A stretch of 64,000 nt of DNA from Desulfobacterales bacterium (lineage in GTDB: Bacteria > Desulfobacterota > Desulfobacteria > Desulfobacterales > UBA2245), in NCBI GenBank assembly GCA_040771865.1, contig JAXGZF010000004.1, forward strand, positions 186,001 to 250,000, read 5' to 3'. Made by a program: the position numbers and the translations under genes. Below, piece by piece: positions 62,508-64,000 of this stretch. Below the pieces are notes generated by a model. That model was not told the DNA's origin. It made no database searches and worked only from the letters and a program-made list of their open reading frames with translations. The stretch's first letter is position 1. The number at the start of each line of letters is the position of its first letter.

Positions 62508-62963
62508 ATGACTTTGCCGACCATTCGATTCAAGCGTTTGCGGCCTGAACAGGATGCCGATATTCCCTTGCCTATGTATATGACCCCCCAGGCGGCGGGC
62601 ATGGATATTTATGTGGCGCTTGAGACCGAGAAGACGCTTGAACCCGGTACCATATTTCTGGCGTCTACTGGATTTGCCATGGCAATTCCTTCGGGCTATG
62701 AGGCGCAGATCCGTCCTAGAAGCGGGCTGGCCGTCCGGCACGGCATCGGCTTGATTAATGCGCCGGGAACGATCGATGCGGATTATCGCGGCGAGGTGAT
62801 GGTGGCGCTGATCAATCTGGGTAATGCGCCGTACACGATCCGCAGAGGGGATCGGATCGCCCAGATGGTCATCCAGCGGGTTTTTCAGGCGCGTCTCGAG
62901 GTCGTTGAGGATCTCGATGAAACTCTTCGAAACGCCGGCGGGTTCGGGCATACAGGGGTGTGA
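62508..62963 (+). CDS. dut: dUTP diphosphatase
   Basis: [21 protein letters not shown] and R..GGFGHTG motifs. Confidence 0.97.
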   Translation: MTLPTIRFKRLRPEQDADIPLPMYMTPQAAGMDIYVALETEKTLEPGTIFLASTGFAMAIPSGYEAQIRPRSGLAVRHGIGLINAPGTIDADYRGEVMVALINLGNAPYTIRRGDRIAQMVIQRVFQARLEVVEDLDETLRNAGGFGHTGV

Positions 62964-63016
62964 TGGCGTGTGTCGTTCCAAATTATGATTCCGATTTACA
63001 GCCGTCCCGGATCTAC

Positions 63017-63784
63017 ATGCGATTTTGCGTTCTGGCCGGCGGCAGCAAGGGCAATGCCGTCTATATTTCTGACGGCACAACGGCCATCCTGATGGATGCC
63101 GGCCTTTCTGGTGTTGAAATTCAGCGTCGACTTCAGTCCCTGGGGCTTCATCCCCAGGATCTAGACGCCATCGTGGTATCCCACGAGCATGCAGATCATA
63201 TCCACGGGGTGGGGGTCCTGTCCCGCCGGTGGAACCTTCCCGTATACCTGAACGAAAAAACCCGTCTGGCCGGTGAACCTCAGATGGGCTGTCTGCATGA
63301 GATCAGAGAATTCGAGTGCGGCCTGGATTTTGCCGTCAATACTCTAAGAATCCATCCCTTCAGCCTTTCCCACGATGCCGAGGATCCTGCCGGATTCACC
63401 GTACACCGGGATCATTTGAAACTCGGCATTGCAACGGACCTGGGCATTGCCACGTCCATGGTCAAGATGCATCTCAGGGCCTGCGACGCCATGATTCTGG
63501 AAGCCAATCATGATCCGCGCATGCTGGAGACCGGACCTTATCCCTGGCACCTGAAACAGCGGATCAGCGGTCGCTGTGGGCATCTTTCCAACGAGGACTC
63601 GCGCGATCTTCTGGCAGAGGTTCGTGGACCCAACCTTTGCCATGTAATATTGTCCCATCTCAGCGAACAGAATAACCGCCCCGAAACCGCCGTCCGGGCC
63701 GTGAGCGAGGCCCTTTCCAACGGAAAAGCGTCTCTGAGCGTGGCCCATCAGCAGTTTTCCACCCCAATTTTGACCATCGAGTGA
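63017..63784 (+). CDS. MBL-fold metallo-hydrolase (YycJ/WalJ-like)
   Basis: GSKGN, SHEHADH, EANHD, GHLSN and HLSEQNN motifs. Start may be 62960. Confidence 0.9.
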   Translation: MRFCVLAGGSKGNAVYISDGTTAILMDAGLSGVEIQRRLQSLGLHPQDLDAIVVSHEHADHIHGVGVLSRRWNLPVYLNEKTRLAGEPQMGCLHEIREFECGLDFAVNTLRIHPFSLSHDAEDPAGFTVHRDHLKLGIATDLGIATSMVKMHLRACDAMILEANHDPRMLETGPYPWHLKQRISGRCGHLSNEDSRDLLAEVRGPNLCHVILSHLSEQNNRPETAVRAVSEALSNGKASLSVAHQQFSTPILTIE

Positions 63785-64000
63785 ATCATTCCGAAAAACC
63801 GGCGTTGGAAAATATTTAATCGGTCCGGGTCACGGTTTTGTTGTAATGAATTGTAATAACTTGAATTTGGGCGAAATTCGGTATCCCCTGTATTGAAACG
63901 CAAAATATTGTGGCTTGTTTCCGTCTAATTTGCATACAGGGTATCGATGCTTGGACAGTGTGTTATTTATTGGTGGTTGAAGCACGCCTCGCAGATCAGG

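Noticed and set aside
1..64000. CRISPR array, integrase, transposase, prophage or reverse transcriptase
   Set aside because: No regularly spaced repeats or matching protein motifs were seen.

Overview
This window is bacterial chromosomal DNA, most consistent with a Desulfobacterales-type deltaproteobacterium; that assignment is inferred from gene content and repeat types, not from a database search. The right half (about 30-64 kb) is housekeeping core: lpxC, DUF4390-ntrY-ntrX-rsmD-coaD-LysR, pcm, 5-FTHF cyclo-ligase, serS-thrC-LysM-PilF, infC-rpmI-rplT-pheST-MerR, tRNA-Gly and rimP-nusA-infB-rbfA-nrnA-truB-rpsO-pnp-M16-dut-MBL. The left half is a mosaic around hisS-aspS-tRNA-Asn and comM. It contains two cargo blocks, each bracketed by its own pair of diverged non-coding direct repeats. 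Block 1 (about 13.7-19.5 kb) lies between two copies of a TetR promoter region. It carries a Cys-rich secreted Ig-repeat protein and a secreted M11 metalloprotease driven by a sigma-54 promoter and a c-di-GMP-I riboswitch. Block 2 (about 21.5-29.9 kb) lies between two copies of an unexplained ~350-410 bp element whose 3' core recurs downstream of tRNA-Asn. Other notable items are a structured non-T-box region upstream of serS, a stand-alone THX-like ribosomal peptide, an ATA-initiated infC, candidate L20 and S15 leaders, and two MITE families. I saw no CRISPR array, integrase or transposase.
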